From positions 972,952 through 1,036,951 of the forward strand of contig NW_003314307.1 in the NCBI RefSeq assembly GCF_000143415.4: DNA of 64,000 bases, given 5' to 3'. Origin of the DNA: Selaginella moellendorffii. Lineage: Eukaryota > Plantae > Lycopodiophyta. Positions 40,104 through 52,573 of this stretch are shown here, piece by piece; the first letter of the stretch is position 1; each line of letters starts with the position of its first letter. A program made the translations under genes and the position numbers. The notes under the pieces were generated by a model. The model worked only from the letters and a program-made list of their open reading frames with translations. It had not been told where the DNA came from and did not search any database.

Positions 40104-42176
40104 ATGCTCCCAAATGCCCGGATTTCTCTGCCATTGCTCCTGCTGCTACTGCTCCTGGAAGGAAGCCAAAGATCTCCTGGCGGCGGCGATGGAGGAATCC
40201 TGGCGGCGCACTCCCTGGACTTGTGGACGATCCGAGGTAAGCTGTCCGAGGTGACCAAGACCCTCGCGGCCATCACGCAGCTCAGCCGCAACCTCCAGCA
40301 GTCCTCTACATGGTGGCAGCTCTCAAACGTGGACTGGCACCCGGAGGCGCTGTGGCGATTCCTGCTGCTCGGCCCCCCTGCCGCCGGGATCCTGCCAAAC
40401 TCCTCCTGGGGCCCCGACCAAGAGCTCGAGCTCCTGCGACGAGGCGGCCTGGCCGCGACCCGAGAAGCCGCGGTGGCCGAGTACACCACCGAGACTGGCC
40501 GCCCCGGGACCGGGAGGATCCGGATGACAACTTGGGTGCTCATGTACAACTGCATCACTCCGGACTGCGACATCGTCGCGCCGGTGATCCTCCTGCAAGG
40601 TGCTGGTGGCGATGGTCAGTCGCCCACCAAGCTCAACTACGGTACCTTGTGGCAGCAGTTGTTCTTCGCTGTCTCCTCCTCTGTGGCTCCAGTCTTGCTC
40701 AGCAGCAGCACCTCGGACATCATCAACAGGACCCGGCTCGTCGCCACGAACCGGTCAAACCTGCAGCTCCGGGTGGTGCGCGAAGGCCTGGAGCAGTGCA
40801 ACGAAGGCATCGCCATCGGACGATCACCCCTGGACGCGGCCTACAAAGTTCCTCCGGGGATCTGCTACGAGCTCGTCCAGAGCCTCAAGGAGGGGCTCAA
40901 CCAGACGCGGATGCTGGTGGTGCTCCAGAACCAGCCGCACGAGATCACCTGGCCTTATACCCGGCGTCCACTCCACGAGTGCTCCACCGCGCCGGTTCTC
41001 ACCAAGAACCTCGAGGAGTTCCGCGGCTGCGCCTTCTCCGCCACCGAGAGGCGCTACTATTGCACCAACTTCACGATGAAGGACTACGCCGACACCCCCT
41101 GCCGTGGGAACAAGATCGCCATCGCCCTCTCCAACTTCCAGCTGGCCTACAGCTACCTCCATGGCCGGACCTCCACCAAAAACTTAACGGACTCGTTCGA
41201 GCTCGTGAACGATACCGCGCCTGGAGCTCCATGCAACACCAGCGGCCGGACGAAGGCCGCCATCTACAGCGTCCATCACAACGGCTTCGATCTCTCGAAC
41301 AGCATCTGGGAGGACACGAGCGGTTCCCGGACGGAGGAGCTCGAGCTGGGACGTCCGGACGGGAGCTTCTGCTTCTACGGCCTCGGCTCGGACGTGGCGG
41401 AGAAGAGTCTGTCGTATCTCCGGCGCTGCAACATCACCATCGCCTTGAACACCAGCGTTCCCAGGTGTGATATCACTGCTCTCGACATCGATCTCCTCAA
41501 CGTGATGTTCAATGACACGGTCACGGCCTACGCGGACGAGCACAACACCGCCTTCAACATGGACCGGGGGCCCTCCACGGATCTCTTCACGGCCTGGGCG
41601 GCGCTCGTCACCGCTGCGGTCTCGGTGGTGACCGCCACCGTGCCATGCACCAACCTGGAGCTCGAGTACCTGGCCCGCTTCGTCTACCCGAAGAAGCACG
41701 AGAACCTCAAGGTCCTCAAGTTCTCGGGGCTGGCCGCCATGAACGTCGCGTTTGGGATGATCCTGTACGCCCCCATCTTCGCCATGATCCTGAGCGAGTC
41801 CAAGCGCTCGGAGTCGTACCACACCTGGTCGCTCTTCACCAACGATGTCAAGGTGAACACCTTCGGCACCCAGCTCCGCAGCGTCTTCATCGTCGAGGGC
41901 GAGTCCATCTACAAGTCCCAGATACTGTGGATCTTCGTCGTCGTCTGCGCTATCTCGTTCCCTCTCATCGTGATCATCACGCTCCGCCGCTGCTACAAGG
42001 TGTTCTACCGCCGGAAGCTGCTGCTGGACGAGCGTCGCATGACGTATGGAGATGACAAAACGATGAGCAACGCCGAGGGCAGGGAGCTGAGCATCAAAGC
42101 CATCGAGATGGGCCTGTCCGAGTTCGTGAGACTTAAGGAGCAGCTCAAACCAAGCAACCGGCAGAAGGACTTTTAA
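40104..42176 (+). CDS. Intronless orphan membrane glycoprotein (690 aa): signal peptide, Cys/N-glycan-rich ectodomain, 3 hydrophobic segments
   Basis: ATG at 40104, poly-Leu signal, about 11 N-x-S/T sequons, strong GC3 bias, and C-terminal hydrophobic stretches followed by basic RRCYK. Confidence 0.85.
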   Translation: MLPNARISLPLLLLLLLLEGSQRSPGGGDGGILAAHSLDLWTIRGKLSEVTKTLAAITQLSRNLQQSSTWWQLSNVDWHPEALWRFLLLGPPAAGILPNSSWGPDQELELLRRGGLAATREAAVAEYTTETGRPGTGRIRMTTWVLMYNCITPDCDIVAPVILLQGAGGDGQSPTKLNYGTLWQQLFFAVSSSVAPVLLSSSTSDIINRTRLVATNRSNLQLRVVREGLEQCNEGIAIGRSPLDAAYKVPPGICYELVQSLKEGLNQTRMLVVLQNQPHEITWPYTRRPLHECSTAPVLTKNLEEFRGCAFSATERRYYCTNFTMKDYADTPCRGNKIAIALSNFQLAYSYLHGRTSTKNLTDSFELVNDTAPGAPCNTSGRTKAAIYSVHHNGFDLSNSIWEDTSGSRTEELELGRPDGSFCFYGLGSDVAEKSLSYLRRCNITIALNTSVPRCDITALDIDLLNVMFNDTVTAYADEHNTAFNMDRGPSTDLFTAWAALVTAAVSVVTATVPCTNLELEYLARFVYPKKHENLKVLKFSGLAAMNVAFGMILYAPIFAMILSESKRSESYHTWSLFTNDVKVNTFGTQLRSVFIVEGESIYKSQILWIFVVVCAISFPLIVIITLRRCYKVFYRRKLLLDERRMTYGDDKTMSNAEGRELSIKAIEMGLSEFVRLKEQLKPSNRQKDF

Positions 42177-42219
42177 AATCCAACACATACCCTTTAAAAC
42201 CGCGGAGGCAAAATCTTTT

Positions 42220-45200
42220 CTAGGCCAACACCGGTGTTGGCAAGTCACGCAAAGGGAAGCCAGTCACCACTATTTCTTGCCGTGGAAGCTGATACGATAT
42301 GCCAAGATCCTCCATTTGTTGCCGCATGTATAGAAGCATATTGCTGCGCCTTTGGAATCGCTCGCCACCTTCCTGGAGTGATAGAAAAGAGTTTGCTTAG
42401 AGAAAGAGAGAGGACAAAAGTAAAACCGGGATAGAGGACCTGGAAGTTGAGGTGATGCTGCATCCAAAGTGCCATCCTCATCCTGTTGCTGTTCTCGATG
42501 TCTTTGCAGACGATCCGAAAGTCAGGATACCAAAACTGAGGAAGGCTTTCGATGTAGCGTTGCATCCTGTCCTTCAGGAAACCGAGCTTCTCAACCGGAG
42601 TGTTGGCGCTAACTTGGAACTCGATCGCATCCCACTGGTCAGGGCTGCGATGGAAGTTTGACAGCGGCTTGGATGCGAGAACCGAGGTCGGGTAGTAAAT
42701 CTTCTCGTTCGAGCCTCTGCGGCGAAAAGCAGAAGCAAAATTCAATCACACTTCAAGGATAAAGCGACAGAATACGTACGTGAGAAAAATTGTGTTGAGC
42801 ACATTCATTTCCTGCAAAAACTTTTTCTTTTCGTAAAATGTTAAGAAAAGAAGTTGGAAAACGAATACCTCGACCAACAAAGTCTGGCCATCGACACATA
42901 CTCGATCTCCAACGTCGTAAGGATGCACAATAAACAGAAATATCAACGCTTCGAACGTCCCCTTCGCCATGTTGCCGAAAACAAAAACAGAAGGTATGAA
43001 AATGGAGGAGAAGAACACCAGCAGCTTGGAGGTGTCTACTCCGAGAATAAGTAACCAAATTATAAAAAGCACCACCACCAACACCTGCAAAGATAAAGAA
43101 GAAAACGTTAGAACAAATGGAGAAGAAGAAAGAAGAATCGATCGACTTACAAAATCAAAAACTCGATGGAGCTTTGCAACAACGGTTTTGTTGTCACTCA
43201 AAGTGAGCGCAAGAGCCCTACGCTCCTTGTAGACACTGACGACCCATTTCACGAGCGCCTTTTTGGAAATATGCCCCTGGTCTGTGATCTCGAAAAGAGA
43301 AAAGGCCCTTGCTGCCTGTTCCTCTGGCAGAAAATACAAGAAGTCCCTGAGTGTCAGGTACTTTTGCCCAGGCCTCGCCATGTTAAAAAAAATCTGCCAC
43401 GAAAACATTTCAGAAAAATTGAGTTTCAATTGTAAGATACCTTTTTGGCGGCCGACCTTGCCTCAATCTCGCTGTCGATTTCGGTTTCCCCGTTTTGGGA
43501 GAGCATGGACGAGTAAGTCGTCATGTTTTTGCTTCGGATCGTCTTCATTAGCCTTCGGAGTGTCCAAGCGGACACCGTCTGTGAGAAACAAAGTTTAGCC
43601 AAACAAGAAAACATGAAAATCGTTTTAGCTTACTTGTGATGTCAACTGCTGCAACCTGTTCTGCTCTATCGGAACGGGACTCTTCGCGATCAGAGGAACA
43701 GGCGTTTCTGGCTTCTTTTTAGGCGTGCCTGAAAAAAATGAGAGACCGAGCCTCCTTTTCGCCGACTTGGAGGGTGTTTGTACGGGGTTTTCGACATCTC
43801 CTTTAGCGAAAGCCCACTGAGAAGGGCTCGCAGAATCCTGCTCATGCGGCTGGCAAGAAAAATCAGCTATAAAATGAAAACTCAAACTCATCAAGAAAAA
43901 ACCAACAGACAAATGAAAAACTTTGACAAGCAACATCGGAGAAAAAAGGGAAAACTTACCACTGCTGGAGGCCTTGCGGGATTTGAAGAGTCAAGCAAAC
44001 AACCATGCGCTGGGGGAGCTGAAAGTGTTTCCAGGAGATACTGGCTGAAAATGCAGTCCTGTATTCTCTCAAAATACGCCGATCTGTGAAAACTATTTGC
44101 TGCAACCTTCAAGATCAGCACCTTCAACATCCATGAAATAGAGCCAGTGAGCAAACACCACAGCACCTGCATGATCACACCAAACAGGCTATGTCCTGGT
44201 GATTACAGAAAGAAAAACTTGGAAATCTTACCTTCGTAACGATCCTCACGGTTTTCGTATCCTCTCGTCCGTTGAAAATCACTTCCCAGACCCCGAGAGT
44301 CAGGCCAATCCAGATGCAATTCTTCACAGCCTTCCGCAAGCCGTATACGAAGTAGAGCACTCGTTTCTTGAAGAGAAAACGCCTCTCTATCAGTGCTACA
44401 AAAAGCTTCCAGAGAGACAAAATCCGTCAGATCCAAGCCAGAAAAATCAATCGAAAGAGAGCCTACCTTGACGATCCAGCTTGCAATAAGTCGGCCCGAG
44501 ATAACAACGAGCGCAAGCGCTTGCCACCTCCAGAGACTAAGTTGCAGCCAACTCTTCCCTTCAATCTCCTCGATCTTGAGCGAGCATACGAGCAAGGCAG
44601 TGAGGATCAAGAGCGAGACCCACTGGATCCAGTAGAGCCACTCGCTCTCGCCCTTGTTGAGATTCTTATCGCCGGGTATGGAGTCGTCGTCCAGGGGATC
44701 CTGATCATCCTCGAAAGATATCGACTTTGCGGAGCCGGGTGTCTTTGGCGGCGAGAACCTCACGTCGTCACCTTCAAACTTCCGGCTCTTGAGAGTGGAA
44801 GTGATCTGGTTCCGGATCGCGGGAGTCATGGGCGGAGGATCCAGCAGCCGTGTTCTCGACCTCCCAAAGTTGGATTTTGGAGCGATCCTGCGCATGAGCG
44901 GCGGCGTCGTGGGATCGTTGTCACTGTCGCTCTCGTTTCCATAGCTGTCCACACGAGAGGTCTTGCAGTTGTCCGTGGTGGAGAGCTCCGGCGTGAGTGG
45001 AACCGGGACTGTCACGGTGATGAGCGATGGCCTCCGGGACCTGTAATCCACCCTCGCGGACGCTGACATTTGCGTGGACATCTCTGAAGCCGAGCTAGCC
45101 ACGATCGAGGCCAAGGGAGGAAGCGTAGCTTGCGACTTGGTGACTTGAGCTGGAGGAGGAGGAGGAGCTCCATCTCGATCTCCCTGGGAGACTTGGATGT

Positions 45201-45330
45201 CCTGGACCTGGTGGTGGCGATGGCGGTGGCGCTGGTGGTGGCGATGGAAATCACCTTCTTCATCGTCGTCGTCGATGGTCACCTCACTGATGAGCGTATC
45301 TATTTCCTCGGCATGGTGACGTCCTGCCAT
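42220..45330 (-). CDS. MSL: Mechanosensitive channel of small conductance-like (MSL4-10 group)
   Basis: VLYFVYGLRKAVKNCIW, FHRSAYFERIQDCIFSQYLLETLS, ERRALALTLSDNKTVVAKLH, FLFIVHPYDVGDRV and KPLSNFHRSP. Confidence 0.95.
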
Positions 45331-45649
45331 CGCCGCGAAGAGCAACACCTAGCCGGACATTCTCACCTTTCATGGTGAGATCATCCAAACCTTTCATCTC
45401 CCCTGCCGCCGGGGGGCTATGAAAGGTCAAGAGTCTTGCGTTTCTTCTTGGCTGACGTGGCAAGGAGAGATTCTCGGTAGCGCTAGCTACTCCATACCTC
45501 GCTGGATCTTCCAACAGCGCCATGGATTCTTGCTGCGTAGCGCTCGGATGGAGGACGCGCGCCATTCCATTCCATTCCCCTCTTCTTGCCCTAAAGTTTT
45601 CTTTAAGAGCCCTTGGGATAAAGAGGTTTAGGGCTTTTCTAGGGTAAGA

Positions 45650-46023
45650 ATGAGCGGGAGTGGCATTGGCGCTGGCTCCGCCAAGACGCCCACGGATTTC
45701 CTGCGCTCGATCAAGGGCCGCCCGGTGGTCGTCAAGCTCAATTCCGGCGTCGATTATCGAGGTAATGGATCCATTGGCAGCCTAGAGAAATCTAAGTGGA
45801 CGGTGCCCGCGCAGGGATTCTGGCGTGCCTGGATGGGTACATGAACATCGCCATGGAGCAGACCGAGGAGTACGTCAATGGGCAGCTCAAGAACAAGTAT
45901 GGCGACGCTTTCATCCGTGGGAACAATGGTATGGAGTAGGGCTCTTTTTCTCTTCTCTATTTGATCATTCTTCTCTTCTTGCCAGTTTTGTATATCAGTA
46001 CCTCAAAGAAGGTGATTTCTTAA
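45650..46023 (+). CDS. LSM6: Sm-like protein LSm6, 3 exons
   Basis: KTPTDFLRSIKGRPVVVKLNSGVDYRG/ILACLDGYMNIAMEQTEEYVNGQLKNKYGDAFIRGNN/VLYIS. Confidence 0.97.
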
Positions 46024-46325
46024 GAGAGACGATGATGCATAGAATTCTTTTTTCTCGCTCCTTTGTTGCAATTTGGTTCACAAGGCACTCCAGACAAGCT
46101 TTGGATTTGCAACCTACAGGTGGAGACTGGTCTGTCACTAGCGGCCAATTTACGAAAGAACAACTACATATCACGACTATGTGAAACACAGCCATCGACG
46201 GCCCAGAAAATAATATTGCATATTGTCGTATTTAGGTAATCTTTTTCTATGGATTAAAAATAAATTACGACAAGGTATTTGCCTAAATAAATGGTAGTCC
46301 AAAAGAAACATGAACATTCTACAAG

Positions 46326-47351
46326 ATGGGATTAATATTGTTTCCTACTTTTTTCTCTTTTTGTTTATTAAATATACTATTTATATTTGCAACACCTCCT
46401 ATTCCCCCTATTCCTGTTCCAGCTAATGAGCCTACTGTAATCTATGCTAAAAATCCCAATGCTATCAATATAAATCTCTTTACGCGCCTTTTGGGGCACA
46501 TCCAAGAATATATTTCCTCACAATTTCTTGATGATGAAACATATTCATCTACATTACGAACTATAAATATTGATTTCCGCAGATCAGGGTTTAGGATCAC
46601 TGTAAATTTATATGTTTTAGATCCTGGAGTCATTGGTCAAGAAAGTCTTATACCATATGCTTGCACTACTGATCCAACAAGTCCAATAGGCTTTCAAGGT
46701 GATGAGCTGCACACCATTTTTGAAAGTCTTCTAAGATTTGTTCGAGCAAGAGCTGCATCAGATGTATTTGGGATATCTTTCTGTGGAGAAATTCGTGTTG
46801 TATTTCTCAATCTTATGATGGATTATGAGCTAACAATACCACTCCCCAAGCTTCCCCAAAATATGTTAATGCATGTAAATTTTACTAAAGCCTACAAATC
46901 TAAAGTACAAGAACAGACTTTAATCCCTTGGCATATAACAAGTCAACATGAAAATTGTTGGGCATTTTCAACTATACTTATTGGTCAAAAAGCTGATATA
47001 GTTGGCTCTTATATTCAAATTGACAATAGTTTAACCTTGCCAAATAAAAAATTCAGGCTAACATTGGGGAGTGATTGCAAATTAAGGTTGTATAGAATTG
47101 GATATAGTATCCCACTTTGGATTAGCAAACATAAGTATAAACCCAGCCCAAGTTGTTATGCACATCTACAAAAGGATGGAAATTTTGTTACCAAGGAAGA
47201 TAATAACTATGATCAAAGTAGGATTTATTGGGCTAGTAATAACTATTGTATACCACAACCTTCATGCAAAATAATAACAACATTAACTGTTAGTAACCAT
47301 GGAAATATTATTATTTATTGGAAGAATCAAGTTCTATGGAAAGCCTTGTAG
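46326..47351 (+). CDS. Secreted protein: unknown N-terminal domain plus C-terminal bulb-type (GNA) lectin domain, intronless
   Basis: Signal peptide, then LTLPNKKFRLTLGSDCKLRLY..LW..CYAHLQKDGNFV..YWASN..LTVSNHGNIIIY..LW. Paralogue at 56201. Confidence 0.85.
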   Translation: MGLILFPTFFSFCLLNILFIFATPPIPPIPVPANEPTVIYAKNPNAININLFTRLLGHIQEYISSQFLDDETYSSTLRTINIDFRRSGFRITVNLYVLDPGVIGQESLIPYACTTDPTSPIGFQGDELHTIFESLLRFVRARAASDVFGISFCGEIRVVFLNLMMDYELTIPLPKLPQNMLMHVNFTKAYKSKVQEQTLIPWHITSQHENCWAFSTILIGQKADIVGSYIQIDNSLTLPNKKFRLTLGSDCKLRLYRIGYSIPLWISKHKYKPSPSCYAHLQKDGNFVTKEDNNYDQSRIYWASNNYCIPQPSCKIITTLTVSNHGNIIIYWKNQVLWKAL

Positions 47352-47779
47352 TAGATTAATAAACTGACATGTGTTGGTATTTGGTATTTCATTAATCTAG
47401 ATTAGAAATGTGTCACATCTTCTTATATTTTCAATAAAATAATTTCTTATTACTAAATACTAACTTCTTCACACTAGTGTTATATTAAATTTAACACAAT
47501 GTGATTTCATTAGTTAATTTAAAACCACACTATTATTAATTAATAATACCAAGTTTGAAATAAAACTTTGTAAATCTTTTAGTTAATAAACTTAAAAACT
47601 AAAATTGCTTTGGTCTAATCAATTTCATTATATTGCTGATTTATATATAAAGACTTAATTATATGGATGGCTCAAATTCAATCCAGCTTTGTTGATAATA
47701 TAATTGGCTTATTATTTACATTTCAGAATATGTGCTAAATAAAATTATTAATTTTAATATGTTGAAAACAAAATGAGTA

Positions 47780-47954
47780 TGTGAGTGCATGGAATATGGA
47801 ACAGGAATATAGAAATATGCATATCAATTAGCCCAAAAACCCTAGCTTATATACAAAAGCAAGTGGTCCGGATTGAAACCAATCTGACAGCTACCAAAAT
47901 CCCACTACGCTAATATTAGTATACGGCATCGTAACCGTACACTTGGCCCTCACA
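47780..47954 (-). repeat. 3' LTR (175 bp)
   Basis: tgtgagtgcatgg...ggccctcaca, matching 53741-53915. Confidence 0.97.
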
Positions 47955-49309
47955 TCATCCCCTCCTCTTGGAATAATGGAAGGCCATCAGGGTTCTCTTG
48001 TAGATGGGCCGGGATCTGGAGGAACGTCAGGAGGAGGCATCGGTGGATCTGTAGACGGTATTAATTGCTCCTGATCCCTTTCTATAAAGCGTTTTAACCG
48101 CTGCACATGCACAATCTCCGGAGGATCAGCTTGCTGAACGTCATGCCGAACCTCATAAACTTGTGGTCCAACTTGCCACAACACCTGATACGGTCCTTTC
48201 CACTGCGCAAGGAGCCCCTTAGATAAACCACATACCGTAAAATGGGGAAAACGGACTAACACCAAATCATCCACTTTGTACTCCGCAGGTGGACGATGAT
48301 GGGAATTGTAGTGCCGTTGTTGTCCCACTTGTACGCGGCCTAAATGTTCAACAAACTCTGCTCGGACAAGTGGAAGAATGCTTGTCAAATATTGATCCCA
48401 TGACTTAGCATCAGGAGCTCGTGGCAATCGCAAAGGTAAACCCAACTCTGTTGGTAATATTGGATCATGACCATATAGAAGTTTATATGGTGAAGCACCA
48501 ACAGAACTCTGCACCCCTGTGACATAGGCATACCGAAGAGACGGCAAATAACCATCCCAATCCGAATGCTGAAAGTTCACATACTTCGCAATCATCCCTT
48601 TGAATGTCCGAACGAGCCGTTCCACCAGACCGTCTGATTGTGGATGATAAACACTCGTAAAAGTGTGGCATATCCCCAACCGAGATGTCAAAACATGAAA
48701 TACCTTAGCCATAAATGCAGAACCATTATCCGAAAGAATCCGCTCTGGACAAGAATGCTGGAACACCACTCAATTGAGGAGGAAGTATCCAACAGCAGTT
48801 GCAGAGGCACTAGCAAGAGCACCAACTTCCACCCAACGAGTCAAGTAGTCAGAAGCAATAATAACATACTCATTGCCAGCAGTCAATCGTGGAAAAGGTC
48901 CCATAAAATCAAATGCCACCAACTCAAACGGACGGGAAACTACAATTGACTCCAACCGTCCTTCCGCAGCACAAGGAGGAGTATTATGAGCTTGGCACCA
49001 AATGCAGCTACGCACATACCAGACAATATCACGTCGCATCTCTGGCGAATAGAAAGACCTGCACAGCTTCTCGGTGACATGACGGTGTCCCATATGCCCA
49101 CCTAGAACAGGAGAATCATGGTAGGCATGGAGAAACCGCGGAATAAACACCGAAGGCACCACCAACCGTAAATGATCATCAGGATCTGTCCCCACAAAAT
49201 AAAGAAGGCCATCTTCAAGGCGATATTGAGAATGTAAATGCCGGAAAGGCAAGTCATCAGCAAGTGATGCAGGATTCTCAAACTCATCTTGAAGCCTTCG
49301 AATCCACGG

Positions 49310-50440
49310 TGTAAGCCACAAATTTTTCCTTTCCAATTTGCCAGCTTACCTCGTCTATCCGTCCAACACCGCCTTAGCCTTCGCTAAGTTCCCTTGCCAA
49401 GGTTCTCACCTATGGTACCAGCTCCTACTTGGTCTCAGCTACTCACTGCACAAGCAACGGAGTGTTAGCCATCAATCCACGGATTCCCAAATCATTCCCA
49501 ATCCCCCTCCCCGGGTTAGACTGGACTTAAGGTTCGGCTACACTTCCCGCAAGCACAAGCAGCCAAGCACACCAAGCTTCCAGGTTCCTAACTTCCCTTG
49601 GTACCACAAGACTTGATCATGGGACCCTCTAAATCCCAAGTCTTGAGTGCAACACTTGCTTCGGGACACCGGGGCGAAACACCGTGGCCTAGCGGCCCGG
49701 TAGGGGTACCTCTCGCCCCCCACTTCCATCCCGAAGGAAGGCCCAAGCCCCTAGGAAGGGCGAGGACCAATGAGCCGCATGGTACTCAAGTGGGGCACCA
49801 CTCCACATGAGCCGGGAGCACCGCAATCGGTTTCCCTTTCGGGAGTGGGAGCTGCTCTTGAGCACTTCCTTGGATGGCCCCTCCGGCACCAGCCAAGCCC
49901 ATGCTCACTCCCACCCAAGGCCCCTCGGTCCCAGTCTCAACCTCAAGTCGGTTTGGAAGCCCAATTGGAGAGTCCCTTCNNNNNNNNNNNNNNNNNNNNN
50001 NNNNNNNNNNNNNNNNNNNNNNNNNNNNNNNNNNNNNNNNNNNNNNNNNNNNNNNNNNNNNNNNNNNNNNNNNNNNNNNTTCACCCCTTGACCCGTATTA
50101 GTATTTGGACTTAGTCTTTGGCTCGATCTCGGACCCGATTTCGGATCCGACTTCGGATTCGGGTTCGGACTCGATCTCAGACTCCATCTCGGACCCGATC
50201 TCGGACCCGACCTCGGACTCAACCTCGGACTAGGTCTCGGACCCGATTTCGGATCTCGGACTCGAACTCGGTCCCCGAGTCGGTCTCGGACTCGATTCCG
50301 GACTCTATCTCGAACTCGGTCCTAGAGTCGGTCTTGGACTCGATCTTCGACTTGGTCCCATCCGATGAACTCTTTGTCATTTTGGTCATGCTTTCGGGGT
50401 TTCTTTAGCCTACGACACCTCGGCGAGTTGGTTCCTTACA
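49310..50440. mobile_element. Nested LTR-type insertion (solo LTR or collapsed element) inside pol
   Basis: Ends TGTAAG...CTTACA, with 5-bp TSD CACGG at 49305-49309 and 50441-50445. Removing it restores the frame ..AQKIEP-W-IRRLQ.. It spans a 100-N gap (49980-50079). Confidence 0.92.
50105..50360. repeat. Degenerate 6/12-bp tandem array (CTCGGA/CCCGAT-like) inside the nested insertion
   Basis: Repeated ctcggacccgat / ctcggactcgat units. Confidence 0.85.
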
Positions 50441-52573
50441 CACGGCTCAATCTTTTGAGCCACGCGAACCTCATCCAGAGAAGGTAGATCTTGCTCTGCG
50501 CCCTGTGGACACTGAACGTCAAGGACAGCAACCGCCGACAGCACAGAATCCTCATCTAGAAAATCCACAAATGCTGGAACAACAGGTTTGTCAGAAACAT
50601 GAGAAGTGAGTGGAGAAGGAAGAGGAGCTCGAGAAAGGGCATCAGCATCAGCCATAGAACTCCCTGGGCGATGAACAACATCGAAATCATATATCTGAAG
50701 CTTCAAAGCCCATCGAGCCGTACGACCAACCAGGTTCTTCCGCTTCAATAATGAAGTAACAGCAGCATGGTCACCTTCAATTAACGTCCGAGAACCATAT
50801 AGATATGCATGAAGTTTCTCGAAACCTCAGATTGCTGCTAAACACTCCTTCTCCATCATGGAGTAGTTCATCTCCGCTGGTTGTAATGTAAGGCTTATGT
50901 ATGCAATGGGATGGCGTTGACCAGGCACACTCAAGCTCTTTTGCATCAACACACCTCCAAGATCAATGTCAGAAGCATCCACGCGCAAAATAAAAGGTCG
51001 AGTGTAGTCAGGATATGCCAAAACTGGAGGAGTCGTCAATAGCTCTTTGAGATTCATGAACGCTCACTCACAATCCGGAGACCAGATGAAAGATGACGTT
51101 GATGACTTCAGCAATGCTCGCAATGGTGTAGTGCGATCGAAAAGATGATCCACAAAACGACCGAGATACTACACCTTACCCAAAAAGTGCTGCACATCAT
51201 TCACACACTTTGGAGTAGGGAACTTTAGAACAGCCACAAGTTTGTCAGGATCAACTTGCAAACCCTCACGAGAAATACGGTACCCAAGATAAGTTGTGTC
51301 CTTGGACCCAAACACGCACTTTGACCGCTTCAACTTTAAACCAACGTCGCGTAGCTGATCCAACACTTTACAAACATCACAAACGTGCTCCTCCCATGTC
51401 CCCTCCGAGTGGATCAAGACATCATCAATGAAGTTAGCTGTCACCTCCGGCATATCGCAAAGAACCTCGTCCATCATCCGCTGAAAAGTTGCTAGAGCAT
51501 TGTTCAAACCAAACGGCATCACCAAGAACTCGTACAAACCAAATGGTGTACGAAAAGCAGTCTTAGGAATATCTTCTTCGGCCATCGGTACTTGCCAATA
51601 CCTAGAAGCAAGATCTAGCTTGGTGAACCAACGACTTCACCCCAGACGATCCAAAAGATCAGCAATGTGAGGAAGAGGGTACACATCCGTTTAACGGACG
51701 ATAATCAATGCAGAAACGAATACTCCCATCAGGCTTCGTCACAAGATGAGGTTCACATGCCCAAGGACTCCGCGACTTCCAAATAACACCCTTCTCCAAC
51801 ATCTCCTTGACGTTTGCACGTAAAATCTTGATCTCCTTGGGTGACCGACAACGAACAGGAACCTTGATTAAATGAGCATGACATGTATGACGTGGGATGA
51901 CGTGTGGCAATCTTGGCCCCAGACAATAGGTCAAATTCAAAGAGATCAGAATACTCCTTCATGAGCTAGTCAACAGCTGCAACACATAGATCATCGGAGG
52001 GATCGGAAAAGGGAAGAGCAGAACAAGATGGAAACACAAGAGGAAATAGTGGGGGAACAAAAGTAATGGAAGCAGAGGTAGAAGTAAATGGACGAAGAGG
52101 TACGGAAGTGAGAGGAATAGATGAAACATAAGGAAGTATGAAACAAGGGGGAGAAGCCTCAAAGTCACATTTGGCATGATTGCGCTGCAACCAATCCATA
52201 CCAAGAATGAGGTCAAAAGCTTGACTCGGCACCACCTGCAACGACTGCAACTCAAACTCGAGATCGCCCACACGCATAACCAGGTCCGCCTCATCTCGTG
52301 CACATGCATATGTATGGCTGTTGCCATAAAGAATGAAAACTGGATCCGCCGCATGACGCAAGTGTAGACGACAACGTGTGGCAATAGGTCGAGCAATAGA
52401 AGATAAACTCGAACCTGTATCAACCAACACGGAGAGAAGAATAGGAGACCTCTTGTTATAAAAACGAGCTTGGAAAGTAAACACTAGATGAACCGGTGCC
52501 GAGTGAACCCCTTGATGATACTCCCGAAAGAAAGATGGAGGGGTCACTAACTTATTTGCGCAAGATCCCTCCA

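Noticed and set aside
40104-42176. GEX1/KAR5 or HAP2 identity for the orphan glycoprotein
   Set aside because: Topology is loosely similar, but I see no coiled-coil region or family cysteine pattern.
50105-50360. CRISPR-like array
   Set aside because: Short degenerate tandem units without unique spacers, inside an LTR insertion in a eukaryote.
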